This document shows, one piece after another, positions 40,948-54,095 of a stretch of DNA of 64,000 nucleotides; position 1 is the first letter of the stretch; the number at the start of each line of letters is the position of its first letter. The DNA comes from Lama glama (Eukaryota): the NCBI GenBank assembly GCA_028534125.1, contig CM052817.1, forward strand, positions 105,340,001-105,404,000, written 5' to 3'. The position numbers were made by a program, and so were the translations under genes. Under the pieces are notes generated by a model that was given only the letters and a program-made list of their open reading frames with translations, was not told the origin of the DNA and did not search any database.

Positions 40948-41079
40948 GTTAACTTTGACTTGATATAGCTACAAGTGATAGAAGACAGTATAGAAAGATT
41001 ATTGAGATAATTAGAAAACATAATCAACTTGCTAATGGTTGGATAAGGTAAGGGTGTGAGAATGAGTTCAAGAATATTT

Positions 41080-41568
41080 AATAGTGTATATACAATATAA
41101 TACTACTCAACCATAAAAATAATGAAATAATGGCATTTACAGAAACATGGATAGACTTAGAGATTATCGTATTAAGTGAAGTAAGTCAGACAGAGAAAGA
41201 CAAATACAATATGATATCTTTTATATGTGGAATCTAAAAGAAAATGATACAAATTTTATTTACAAACCAAAAATAGACTCACAGACGTAGAAAAAAACTG
41301 TGGTTACCAAAGAGGAAAGGGAGTGAGGGATACATTAGGAGTTGGGGATTGATTAACAGATACACATTACTATGTATAAAATATATAAACAATAAGGACC
41401 TATTGTATAGCACAGAGAACTGTAATCAAAGTCTTATAATAACATATAATGGGAAACAATGTGATAAAAAATATATATATATGTGTATGTGTATGTATAA
41501 CTGAATCACTTTTCTATGTACCTGAAACTAACATTGTAAATCAACTACACTTCAATAAAAAATAAAAT
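41080..41568 (+). mobile_element. L1 3' end with A-rich tail
   Basis: Sense ORF2 end and 3' UTR ending cttcAATAAAaaataaaa. Confidence 0.88.
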
Positions 41569-41571
41569 TTA

Positions 41572-44448
41572 TACTAAGAGGGAAGTTTATAGCAATACAG
41601 GCCTTTCTCAAAAAAGAAGAACAATCTCAAATTAACAATTTAACCCATCAGCTAAAAGGATTAGAAAAAGAAGAGCAAAAAACCCCAAAAGTTAGCAGAA
41701 GGAAGGAAATAATAAAGATCAGGGAGGAAATAAATAAAACAGAGATTTAAAAAACCATAGAAAAATCAAACAAATATCTGTTTTTTTGAAAGAGTAAAGA
41801 AAATCAACAAACCTCTGGCCAAACTCACAAAGAAGAAAAAAGAGAGAGCACAAATAAGCAAAATAAGGAAGGAAAGTGGAGAATTTACAACAAATAAAAT
41901 AGAAATACAGAATATCATATGAGAATATTATGAAAAGCTATATGGAACCAAACTGGATAACCTAGAGGAGATGGACAAGTTTCTGGAAACATACTGTCCA
42001 TCAAGACTGAATCAAGAAGAAATTGACCACTTGAACAAACCAATCACTACAAATGAAATCAAGTTAGCAATAAAAAATACTCCCTACAAATAAAAGTCCA
42101 GGACTGGACGGCTTCACCAGGGAATTCTACCAAACATACAAAGAAGAACTCATACCAGTCCTTCTCAAACTCTTCCAGAAGACTGAAAAGGAGGGAATAC
42201 TCCAAACTCATTCTATGAAGCCACCATCACCCTGATACCAAAACCAGGCAAAGACACCACCAAAAAAGAGAATTACAGACCAATATCACTGATGAACATA
42301 GATGCCAAAATCCTCACCAAAATATTAGCAAATAGAATCCAACAGCACATAAAAAAGATTATACATCATGACCAAGTGGGGTTCATCCCAGGGACACAAG
42401 TGTGGTTCAACATACACAAATCAATCAATGTAATACATCACATCAACAAGAGAAAGGACAGAAACCACATGATCATCTCAATAGATGCAGAAAAGCATTT
42501 GATAAAATTCAACACCCATTTATGATAAAAACTCTCACCAAAGTGGGTATAGAGGGAACATATCTCAACATAATAAAAGCTATATATGACAAGCCTACAG
42601 CCAGCATAGTACTCAACTATGAGTGAAAAACTCAAAAGCTTCCTACTAAAATCTGGGACAAGGCAAGGCTGCCCACTCTCACCAGTCCTAGTCAACATAG
42701 TCTTGGAAGTCCTAGACACAGCAATCAGGCAAAAGAGAGAAATAAAAGGGATCCAAACTGGAAAAGAAGAGGTAAAAGTGTCACTATATGCAGATGACAT
42801 GATAATATATATAGAAAACCCTAAAAGGTCCACACAAAAACTACTAGAAATAATTGAAGAATTCAGCAAGGTAGCACGCTACAAGATTACTGTTCAAAAA
42901 TCAGTCGCATTTCTGTACACTAACAATGAATCAACAGAAAAAGAAAGTAAAGAACAATCCCCTTTAAAATAGCACCCAAAGTAATAAAATACCTAGGAAT
43001 AAAGCTAACCAAGGAGGTGAAAGACTTATACATGGAAAACTATAATACACTGATGAAGGAAGTTAAAGAAGACTTAAAAAAAGTGGAAAGATATCCCATG
43101 CTCCTGGATTGGAAGACTCAACATTGTTAAAATGGTCACACTGCCCAAGGTAATCTACAGATTTAATGCAATCCCTATCAAATTACCCAGGACATATTTC
43201 ACAGAACTAGAACAAATCATATTAAAATGTATATGGAATCACAAAAGAACTAGAATTGCCATAGCATTACTGAAGAAAAGATAGCGGCCAGAGGAATAAC
43301 TCTCCCAGACTTCAGACAATACTATAAAGCTACAAATCAAAACAGCATGGTATTGGTACAAAAACTGACCCATAGACCAATGGAACAGAATAGAGAGCCC
43401 AGAAATGGACCCACAAACTTTTGGTCAACTAATCTTCGACAAAGGAGGCAAGAATATACAATGGAATAAAGACAGTCTTGTCAGCAAATGGTGTTGGGAA
43501 AACTGGACAGCAGCATGTAAATCAATGAAGCTAGAACACTCCCTTACACCATACACAAAAATAAACTCAAAATGAATCAAAGGTTTAAACATAAGACAAG
43601 ATACGATAAACCTCCTAGAAGAAAATATAGGCAAAACATTATCTCACATACATCTCAAAAATGTTCTCCTAGGGCAGTCTGCCCAAGCAATAGAAATAAA
43701 AACAAGAATAAACAAATGGGACCTAAATAAAATTACAAGATTCTGCACAGCAAAGGAAACCATAAGCAAACAAAACGACAACCTACGGAATGGGAGAAAA
43801 TTTTCGCAAATGAAACCAACAAAGGCTTGATCTCCAGAATATATAAGCAGCTCATATGACTCAATAAGAAAAAGACAAAAAAACCCAATCCAAAAATGGG
43901 CAGAAGACCTAAACAAGCAATTTTCCAAGGAAGAAAAACAAATGATCAATAGGCACATGAAAAAATGCTCAGTATCACTAATTATCAGAGAAATGCAAAT
44001 CAGAACTACAATGAGGTATCACCTCACACCAGTCAGAATGGCCATCATTCAAAAGTCCACAAATGACAAATGCTGGAGAGACTGTGGAGAAAGGGGAACC
44101 CTCCTTCACTGCTGGTGGGAATGCAGTTTGGTGCAGCCATTGTGGAAAACAGTATGGAGATTCCTCAAAAGACTAGGAATAAATTTACCATATGACCCAA
44201 TAATCCCACTCCTGGGCATATATCCAGAAGGAACCCTACTTCAGGATGACACCTGCACCCCAATGTTCACAGCAGCATTATTTACAATAGCCAAGACATG
44301 GAAACAGTCTAAATGTCCATCAACAGATGAGTGGATAAAGAAGAAGTGGTATATTTATACAATGGAATACTATTCAGCCATAAAAACCAACAACATAGCG
44401 CCATTTGCAGCAACATGGATGTTCCTGGAGAACATCATTCTAAGTGAA
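41572..44448 (+). mobile_element. 5'-truncated LINE-1 with disrupted ORF2 (reverse transcriptase and C-terminal CCHC domain)
   Basis: Peptides [48 protein letters not shown] (YADD at 42787-42798) and [18 protein letters not shown]. Several frameshifts and stops are present, and the element runs into a gap. Confidence 0.97.
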
Positions 44449-44948
44449 NNNNNNNNNNNNNNNNNNNNNNNNNNNNNNNNNNNNNNNNNNNNNNNNNNNN
44501 NNNNNNNNNNNNNNNNNNNNNNNNNNNNNNNNNNNNNNNNNNNNNNNNNNNNNNNNNNNNNNNNNNNNNNNNNNNNNNNNNNNNNNNNNNNNNNNNNNNN
44601 NNNNNNNNNNNNNNNNNNNNNNNNNNNNNNNNNNNNNNNNNNNNNNNNNNNNNNNNNNNNNNNNNNNNNNNNNNNNNNNNNNNNNNNNNNNNNNNNNNNN
44701 NNNNNNNNNNNNNNNNNNNNNNNNNNNNNNNNNNNNNNNNNNNNNNNNNNNNNNNNNNNNNNNNNNNNNNNNNNNNNNNNNNNNNNNNNNNNNNNNNNNN
44801 NNNNNNNNNNNNNNNNNNNNNNNNNNNNNNNNNNNNNNNNNNNNNNNNNNNNNNNNNNNNNNNNNNNNNNNNNNNNNNNNNNNNNNNNNNNNNNNNNNNN
44901 NNNNNNNNNNNNNNNNNNNNNNNNNNNNNNNNNNNNNNNNNNNNNNNN
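44449..44948. other. Assembly gap (500 N)
   Basis: Run of N. Confidence 1.
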
Positions 44949-45397
44949 AGACAGTTACCTTACAAGCACAGGGAGCAGACAGTTGCTGTATTTGACTCCA
45001 GGTCATCCCAGGAATTTAGAAATTTTACTTGCAGATAAAGTAATGTGTTACTCAGAGGCAAAGCCCCTTTTCACCCCAGCCCTCCCCCAGTCCTCCTCAC
45101 CCCTCTGTCCCAACAGGGACCATCCCACTGCTTTTGAGACTGGAATGCTGAGGCCCTGATCGAACTAAGTCCTTACACTGTGGCTTTAGAAGAGGCTACA
45201 GCATTGCCCTCATTTATAACTCAATCTTCTGACCCTGTTTCCTAAGAAAAGCCCAGGAGAACCAAATTCTTAAGTGCATAAAAAGGACCCTCTAGTCCCT
45301 TATTTCCAATCAAATTAGAGTGAATGGATCAATTTGAGCTAGAGCTTTTAGCTATTTCAAAAACGTATCTTTTTTCCACCAAAGTACTTGACCCCAA

Positions 45398-45765
45398 TTG
45401 TAGTTTGGTGAAGCCACTATGGAGAAAATATACATGCACCCCAGTGTTAATAGCAGCTCTATTTACAATAGTCAAGACATGGAACTAACCTAAATGTCCA
45501 TTGACAGATGACTGGATAAAGAAAATGTAGCATAAATATATACAATGGAATACTACTCGGCCATAAAAAAGAATAACATAATGTCATTTGCAGAAACATG
45601 GATGGACCTCGAGATTGTCATACTAATTGAAGTAAGCCAAAAAGATGAAAAAAAAATACAATATGATATCACATATATGTGGAATCTAAAAAAACAAAAA
45701 AGAGACAAATGAACTTATTTACAAAACAGAAGCAGACTCATAGACATAGAAAACTTGTGGTGACT
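45398..45765 (+). mobile_element. L1 ORF2-end fragment, internally deleted and 3'-truncated
   Basis: Homologous to 44120-44448, but jumps from 'gccactatggagaa' to 'atacatgcacccc'. Confidence 0.85.
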
Positions 45766-45863
45766 CCAATCCCTTTGCCTTTATCACTCGCCTGCTGTAT
45801 GACTCCTGCATATTGGCGAAGTCTCCTTACCTGACCATCAGCAACTAGTAACAAAGAAGAAAC

Positions 45864-46364
45864 TGTTACTGAGTACAGACTTGTTCTGCTCACCACATGA
45901 TAGGCCAATAAATAGGAGATGAGGTGTTGGGGCAAGGAATAAACGACTCAGAAAGGCAGCAGACTGAGAAAGTGGCAGACTTGTGTCCTGGAGAACCATC
46001 TTCCCCAAGTCAGAATTCAAGCCCTTTTTATACTAAAAAGGGGGTGTGGTTGGTTGTTGCAAACTTCTTGGTGTTGGAATTCTTTGTTCTTGCAGCTGTC
46101 CATGTGGGTCAGGTCATGGTGTCTCTGTAAAACTCCAACAAGACAAATGTTATTTTCTATTCTGCAATTCTTTATAGGCATGGAAACATGCTATATCCTT
46201 AAAGGTCGGAGCCTTGAGGATGGGCTCTCCTGTCAATTTCAGGCTCTAGGCAACATTCCTTTACAAAAGGTGCAGAACCAGCATGACTGAGCCCAGGAAA
46301 CAGAGCACAGGGTTAGAGCTAAAGAAACAGGTCTAATAAGGAGTCAGATTTCATCTCTATTAGA
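45864..46364 (-). mobile_element. ERV1-type solo LTR (same family as 56813-57321)
   Basis: End-to-end similarity with 56813-57321 (catcttccccaagtcagaat; tttcaggctctaggcaacatt; ggagtcagattt). Confidence 0.8.
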
Positions 46365-47463
46365 GCTATGGTTGTAATTCATGATCAGTAAGTGTTCATA
46401 AGATTCCACTCTGCTTGGTTCCTTGTCATTTTCCCTGGGCACTTAGATATGTTTCATTCTTAGACACTCAGACCTCTCTTCCATCCTTCTGTCTCAAAAT
46501 CCATCTTCTGTACTGACTCGGAGTCTGGAAGTTTTGACCTTTTGAAGTTATCACAAGTTTACACAGGCTGGATTCTAATTTCAGAGTTCATGTGCTAAAG
46601 TCATGCATTAAAACTGTCTGAAGGTAGGTCCCCCAGAAGACTCAAGGCTCAGCCACATTCTGAGTCTGAAGGAAACTTCTGTCTCAAACCTGTCCACCCT
46701 CCTCCTCTTGGCTTGGTTGCACTTTGAACGATCAGTGTCCTCTGTGCTCGGTTAATCTCAGCCATGAATCTGCCGTCCACACCACCACGTTTCCCTCATT
46801 TTGAACATCAGGGGCAAAGGTCACATTCTTTATTCCTACCTACCAGTGCATGGCCAGACTCTTCACATCAAACAGGAGAAATCGCTTCTTGTTGTTTTTT
46901 TGCCTTTATCTAAGTCATGCATATTCACAAATTTTGAGAGAATACACTTCTCTCAAAGTGAACGTGACCCATTTGATTTAAGCTCGTATTATACCAAGAG
47001 GCCATTCAAGAGGCTGTTTCCTGAGCACAGACCACCTGGGACTTGGCGCAGCATCTCCAGGTAAACACACAAAGTTCAGTTGTTTCTGACTGAGCACCAC
47101 ATGAACACAAGGAGTTGCATCACAGGTGTATTTTATTGTCCACCAAAATTTCTATCACAACTCCACCTAATTTAATCATTAAAAATGTTAAAGGAACTAC
47201 AGTGTGAAGGAACATCTCCTATGAAATGAAAATTACTTGACAAAAGGATAGTATTTTTATGGCTTATTAAAAATGAATTTTTATATATCGGATTTGCTAA
47301 GGCACAGTATCACGCAACTGCCCAGGCCTATGATAAATTCCTCACAGTAGGTACGAATTAAGTAATTCAAATGCCAATTTAAAAATAGTAGTGCATATGT
47401 ACATATACACATATTTATACAAAACTTTAACTTTACACTAAGATTACTGTGCTCTTTTTAACC

Positions 47464-47583
47464 TTTTTTGGGGGGAGATTATTAGGTTTTTTGTTTATTT
47501 ATATCTAATGAAGGCACTGGGGATTGAACCCAGGACCTCTCGCATGCTAAGCATGCACTTTACTGCTGAGCTATACCCTCCCC
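47464..47583 (-). mobile_element. tRNA-Ala-derived SINE (Vic-1 type)
   Basis: ggcactggggattgaacccaggacctc..gagctataccctcccc. Confidence 0.9.
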
Positions 47584-48016
47584 TCTTAATGTTTTTCCTT
47601 TATTGAGTGAAATTTTTTGTGTTTTGTGGGTTTTTTGTGGTTTTTGTTTTTCTAAGGATAGCATAAAAACCATCTTTTATGGTCCAGTTTCTCTCTTATG
47701 ATAAATATACCCTTACTCTTAAAAAAAAAAAAGAAATTTATATAAACCAAACACTATCAGTATTGCTTTGCTTAGATTATTAGAATAAAGTAAAGCTTCA
47801 ACCGTAAAATTTTCTTTTTCTGAGGAAAAGATGAATGAGATATTTCAAATAATTAGCTCTCATCACTAATTAATAATGGATTGAATTTTGAGAAAATAAA
47901 CCTCTTATTTCTAATTATCAAATTGTAAAGCACTTGAATAAACTAAATTGTGAGCCAGTTTAAGAAATGATCCTCTTGATTTCTTAATAATATTTTTGTC
48001 TTTTTCTGTATATGTA

Positions 48017-48136
48017 TTTTTTTTATTGAAGTATAGTCGGTTTACAATGCTGTGTCAATTTCCGGTGTATGGCACAATGCTTCAGTCACACATGAACATG
48101 CATATATTCGTTTCATATTCTTTTTCACCATAGGCT
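48017..48136 (-). mobile_element. Short L1 3' end
   Basis: Poly-T followed by attgaagtatagtcggtttacaatg. Confidence 0.8.
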
Positions 48137-50892
48137 GACATGACATCATCACATTCATATTGCACACCTTCATCTCCAGACTAAGGCTGATGTTTAAGTG
48201 CCAAGATCTGTGAGTTTGGAAGTGACGATATTCATCAGGGGTTTTTTTGCTTGTATCTAAGTTAACATATTGGGGACTCTTAATGAGAGTTGAGAAAAAC
48301 GTATTTCTTGAAGTTTTAGAATTTGAGATTATAAAAAAAAGGAGTTTTTTTTTTTTCCTTATAGGACTATCCTAGTGCGTTTTAGGATAGACAAGGTAAG
48401 TTTTCTTTTTCCTGATTGTTTTTTCTCATGAGCTTGGCTCTTGAGTTTTTCTAGTAACACAGTTTCTGTCATTGTCATAACATTACCTTTCACCTTCTAT
48501 CTTTACATGATTGAAGAAAGCACAAGAGACTTGGAAGGTAAATGAGGGGCCCAGAGTAAGACAGGAAGGATTTGGGACAGGCTGTATCTGAACTTAATCA
48601 GTGATTGATCTCTGCCTTGCATGCTTTTGGAGAAAAAAGACTAAACATACTTTGGGAAATCCACATACAATTTCCCCAACAGAGATGTATTGCCTGTAAC
48701 TAAGTACCACAAGGAATGCTCCCTGTACCCTCAGTATAATGTTGATGTCTAATTTCAGGGAAAATCCAATGTGACTTCAATAATTGAGCTATCTACCTTT
48801 TGATAAGAATTAAAAAAAGAAGTCTTGAGATACCTAAGATTCTTGTTGTATGACAGCAACTGATAAAAAATACATTTTACTAAAATTCAAATATAGTTAT
48901 AACAAGATGTTTTAATAAGTTATCCTTAAAAAGGAATAACGGTGAAGAAAGAAAGAAATGAAAGGGTGGTTTCCAGTAATAATACTTGAAGATATGAATG
49001 AAAAAAAGTGGTTCTCATTTTTCTTATTTTTATGGGACAAAGCTATAATGGTTTTTGAGGGATCTAGATAAGAAAGGTTTTTTAAATTATCTCTTTATGC
49101 CAGAAGGAAATGAAAATTACATTTGAAAAGGACTCTTGGGGCCAGTCACATCAATCGCGACTCTTAAAATTTGTTAAAAGTGATGGCACATAAAATGACA
49201 GAAAGTTATAGAACATTTAATAACCTGATCAAAAAAATGAATGAAGTTCATGAAAAAAATAGTATTAAAGCTTGAGTTTTGGTATCCTGTAGGAATAACA
49301 CTCATTAAAAAAATACCACAATAAAAATCCTGAAAAGGCATTTAATATTGTCTACTGTCAATTCTTGTAGGGCGAGCAGCCTGACTTTGCTGATTAATTA
49401 GATCTCACCCTTCAAACATCCAAAAGCAGTTTTCAAAATCTTAATATTGGTGGGCAAGCTAGCAAAAGGTAAGATACCAGATGTGAGAGTAGCAAAGATG
49501 AAGTGTATCCGCAAAAATACTCTTTGGGGAATTATTTTTAAAAAGTTTTATGTGTGAATCCTTTCAGCCTCACTGTAATTAATGACACAAATTCACTGAA
49601 GATAAGGAAAATCACTGCTATATTTAAATTTAGCCCTATTGCCTTTGTCTGTTATTTTAATATGTGTCTGTTCTCTTGTCTGACCATTAAAAAAAGATGA
49701 TGGATTTAAAAAAAGAAAAAAAAAACTCTCTGTGACTGTAGCAAACAGAAAACAGGTACTTTGGCTAAGGATTATTCGTACCTAGAAGCAGGTTGATGGG
49801 AATCTCTGTCTTCAATTAGTGGACTTAAAGGAATGAATTCTCATTTATCAGATTAGATATCGCATGGCTTTACATATTAAATTGATTTTACAGAATTTTT
49901 TTTAGGAAGATGCAATCTTCATTAAACTTAATGAAAAACTAGGCAAAATATTGCCATGTGTAAAACATAATTGGTAACAATATTAAGTTGGTAAGTATTT
50001 TAAGGAACTCAGCAAGGAAACTTATCGGAATACATATAGCAAAGCATGTCTAGAAAAGGAAGAAAAAAAGAGATTAAAATGTTACACCTATACACTCACC
50101 TTTATTTGAGATTGAACTGATACATACCCAGCCTTACGCCAGTCTGTATAACTACATATCCATTTCAAAGATGAGGATGAAATTTATAGAAGACAAATGA
50201 GATTGTTACTCTCTCTCTCAAAAGATGTAAAATGTATTTTAATACCCCAAACAAAATGTAGTCTCTGAGTCACAATTTCACAGGATCTGGTCAACAGCTG
50301 TACTTTACACTTTATCACTTTTATCCCTAACTTCTCACTCATTTCGGCCTTACACCTGTTTTCATTGATATTTAAACACAGCGAGCTCACGGCCACCCAA
50401 GGGCCTTTGGGTTCCTGTCCAAAATACCAAAAGGTATTTTGATATTTTTCTTCAAAATGCATTAAGTATTTTGTACTTAATTTTATGTATAATGTGTGCA
50501 ATTTTTCAAGTAGAGAGTACATTCAGTACAGCTTAGTAACATAACAGAAATCTTGCTGGCAATTTTTGCTTTCTGGTTTTTGTCAACCTTTCTTATTAAA
50601 GGTAAACTCAGTGAAGGCAGGGACATTTTCTTTCTTACAAACCATCTGTGCCAAGTCTAGCCTTAAGGTAACAACTCAGTAAATATGTAGCGAATAAAGG
50701 AAGGAACAAAGAAAAGAATAAATATTCAAGAATATCCCTTCAGATGTCTTGAAAGATGACAGTAAGAGCAGTTTAGAAAAACATTTTCAGGTTATAAATA
50801 AATGACTAACTGGTTTCTAAAGAGTTAAACAGTACAGAAAGTCTCATACATGTTTAACTATTGCTAGAATCTTTTTATTTGTATATAGATGT

Positions 50893-51140
50893 ATTTTATT
50901 GAAGTATAGTCAGTTAACAATGCATCAATGTCAGGCGTATGACATAGTGTTTCAGTCATACATATACATACATATATTTGTCTTCATATTCTTTTTCACC
51001 ATGTTACTATGAGGTATTGAATAGGGTTCCCTGTGGTACACGGTATAAACTTGTTGTTTATTTTATGTATATATTTGTATCTGCAAAAATCTCGAACTCC
51101 CAGTTTATGCCACCCCACCCACCCCCACGTATAACCATAA
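50893..51140 (-). mobile_element. L1 3' end
   Basis: attgaagtatagtcagtt..gttccctgtg..taaccataag. Confidence 0.8.
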
Positions 51141-51312
51141 GAACCTCTTTGCAAAGGAGAACCGGTGAGTGACTACTAACCCAGCAGGACTTGATCAGGG
51201 CCAGGGCTCCACTGTTGGGATGCTTCTGCATCTTCTCAGGGTTCAAGGCGCACACAGACACCGCAGGAAATGGCTTAGTAGGCACACGTTGCTCCCCTTA
51301 TTTCTGGTCTTT

Positions 51313-51445
51313 TTTTTGGGGGGGTGGATAGGTGTGGGGGAAAGTAACTAGGCTTATTTATTTATTTAATGGAGGTACTGGGGATTGAACCCAGGGCCTC
51401 ATGCATGCTAAGCACGCTCTCTAACACTGAACTGTACCCTCCCCC
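51313..51445 (-). mobile_element. tRNA-Ala-derived SINE (Vic-1 type) with 13-bp TSD
   Basis: SINE body, with ATTTCTGGTCTTT at 51300-51312 and 51453-51465. Confidence 0.92.
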
Positions 51446-51739
51446 ACAAGGGATTTCTGGTCTTTCACTTCCTGTTCACTCCTTGTGTTGTTCCTCTGGC
51501 TCTGTGTTTCACGTATGATGGGGTTTTCTCCAAATGCGTCTTCTGTGATCCACGGGATCAAAAATAAAAAGGCAACTCAATTGAAAAATGAATAAAGGAT
51601 CTGAAAAGATATTTTTCATGCACCTGTTCAGCCTCTGTTTAAAGCTGTGGTTCCCAGCATCCTCTACTTCCTTGCCTTGCTGTCCCCGGTTCAATGTCAG
51701 GGGTACCACTGGTGACACGTTCTCTAAATACACAGCCTC

Positions 51740-51975
51740 TTCCATGCAGGTTCCTTGGAGCTCCCTCCAGGATGCCTGGCTGCACTTGTCCTTGGTTTCC
51801 TTACCTGCCGGCACGTGCTGTCTGGCTATCTCTGTCTCCTCCCCACTGGAATGAAACAGTCCGTGAAGTTAGGAACATTGATAGTTCATCCCTGTATCTT
51901 CACACCCCAGAACAGCATCTGACATTTAGTAGACGTTCAGTAAATAAGAAATAGCTTAAAATACTGAATTAATAG
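51740..51975 (+). mobile_element. L2 3' end relic
   Basis: 'tctgtctcctccccactggaatg..gttcatc.ctgtatc..cagaacag..gtaga.gttcagtaaata'. Confidence 0.6.
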
Positions 51976-52049
51976 GAAGAGAGATGCTTCTCTGGAAGTT
52001 CTGCTACGACTGGCAGAATAATTTGAGGCCTTTCAGGGTCACCTTATGT

Positions 52050-52400
52050 GTAACTGTATCTTTTTGCCACTTTGTAAGTGACAACAAATCCGAAGAATTG
52101 GATTAAGTAGAAAGTAGGACATCTATGGTACGTAAAGTTAAAATCGTAAGAGTAGAGTCAAGCTGGGTGCAGGGGCTCAAATGGTTTCCCATGGATGTGT
52201 CCTCTGCCCATGCCCTGCCTCAGTTCTCCTCCGCATCAGCTCTGTAGACCTGAGCGCCGGGAAGTGGACTTCTCAGAGTCTGCAGCACCTGGGACTTAAC
52301 TGTCGCCAGGGTCCTGTCCAAGGGGAGACGGCCTCTCTCACACAGCATCCCGTTAGCATCCCATGTCTGACAGCTGCGTCCCACGCCCGTCTCAAACCCC
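52050..52400. mobile_element. Old MLT1-family LTR relic
   Basis: 'gtaagtgacaacaaatcc..ggattaag' and 'gctgggtgcaggggctcaaa' resemble MLT1J/K/L. Confidence 0.4.
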
Positions 52401-53199
52401 TGCCCACCACCTCACTCCTTACGGCAGGCCTCCTTCAGATATTGAGGATGGAGTTACCGCCTCCAAGAGGGGACGGGTTGCAGGGAGAGCGTCTTCCTCA
52501 AAGAGAACTATTGCATTGTTACTTGCAAAGGGGGATAGAGCTGAGCAGTGATGGACTCCTCACTAAAGAAGGAAAACAGATGCAAATATGTATAGAAAGA
52601 GGCTCAAAATCATGTTTTTATTTGGAAATTGGAAATAGAAACAACAATTAGACCCTAATACATACCTATTAGAACCACTAAAAGTAATCAAAGAAATCCC
52701 CAAATTGACAATATCAAATGGTGTTTTTTTTTTTTTTTGTCTTTCGTTTTTCGAAAAGACTTGACACAAACTTGACCTTGACATAAAATTGAACCCTTTT
52801 AATTACTACCTCTTAGTGACTTTCACATTCTGGTTGTCTAAAAATATAAGAATTACACTTGAGAGCTGGTTGTAATTGAGATCTCAGGACTGAATTAGAC
52901 TTCCCTGCAATCTGAGTATAAGGAGGTTTGTGAACCGTTGCAGATACCACAGATCTGATTTATTGCGAGTAATGATATTCAATCATAGATTAGCACTCTA
53001 AATTTTTAAAATTTAAAATGCATATTAGTAATTGTTGGAAATCTTCCTGAGGACTCATACCTGATCTTAGAAAGGATAAGAAAGTGTATTCTTTGGGTTC
53101 ATACATGCAGGTTTTAAAAACATCACTGTAGAACAGTCAGAAGTGTCCCCTACTGTGATAATTTCCTCTGCTTCAAAATTTCAGTAAATCTGTGAGCCC

Positions 53200-54095
53200 A
53201 ATTAGCTGACAGTTAGGCAGTTTCTTACAGAGCTAAACAGTTTTACCCTATGATCTGCTAACCATGCTCCTAGTTTTTCATCTATTTGAGTTGAAACTTA
53301 AGCCCACACAAAAAAAGATTTGCACGCAAATGTTTATAGCAACTTTATTCATAATCACCAAAAACTAGAAGCAACCAAGATGTCCTTCAGTAGGTGAATA
53401 GATACATAAACAGTGGCACATCCAAAAAATAAATGCATCAGTGTATGTAAATATGAATGTAAATATAAATTAAATTAAAAATTACTTATAATACTTATAT
53501 TTATTTTATATGTTTTAATATGTACTAGGTAAATATATCTATAATATATTAGTATATTTTAATATTTATAATGTTAATATAATAAGTTGATATAATATAA
53601 TAAATGTATGATACAATACATTTATATACATTAATACAGTGGAAAGGAATAAGCTATCAAGCCATAAAAAGACATGAAGGAATCTTAAATGCATGCTGTT
53701 AAATGAAAAAGCCAGTCTGGAAAAGTCAAAACTGTTGAGACAGTGAAAGGATTAAGGTTTGTCAAGGTTTTGGAGATGAAAAGAGGGGTGAATGGGTGAA
53801 ATATAGGGGATCTTTAGTGCTCTGAAACTCTTCATCCTGTGTGATATCTCATAGTAAATACATGACATCACGCATTTACCAAAACCCATAAAACTGTCCA
53901 ACACACAGTACACCTTAATGTAAGCTACAGATCTTGGTATATAATAATGTGTCACTGTCAGTTCATTAATGTAACAAGTGCACCAAATTAAAAATAAGGG
54001 GAAATGGTGGGAATCGATGGGCGGATAAACATCTTTCCACGATGTGCTCACTTTTTCGGTGAACATACATTTTCTAAATATTAGACTGTTATTGA
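53200..54095 (+). mobile_element. L1MC1-like 3' end with internal AT-rich expansion (~53430-53635)
   Basis: 'gcagtttcttaca.agctaaaca..atgtttatagca.ctttattcataat..gaagcaaccaagatgtccttcagtaggtgaat'. Confidence 0.85.

Noticed and set aside
41572..44448. Active or domesticated reverse transcriptase
   Set aside because: 5'-truncated (no ORF1 or endonuclease domain) and broken by frameshifts and stops.
43942..45159. 405-aa ORF as a gene
   Set aside because: It is the L1 ORF2 C-terminus read through the N gap.
50100..50143. Minus-strand exon ending in AAG/GTGAGT
   Set aside because: Weak acceptor and no recognisable peptide.
52181..52651. 156-aa ORF
   Set aside because: It overlaps an old LTR relic in locally GC-richer DNA, with no recognisable domain.
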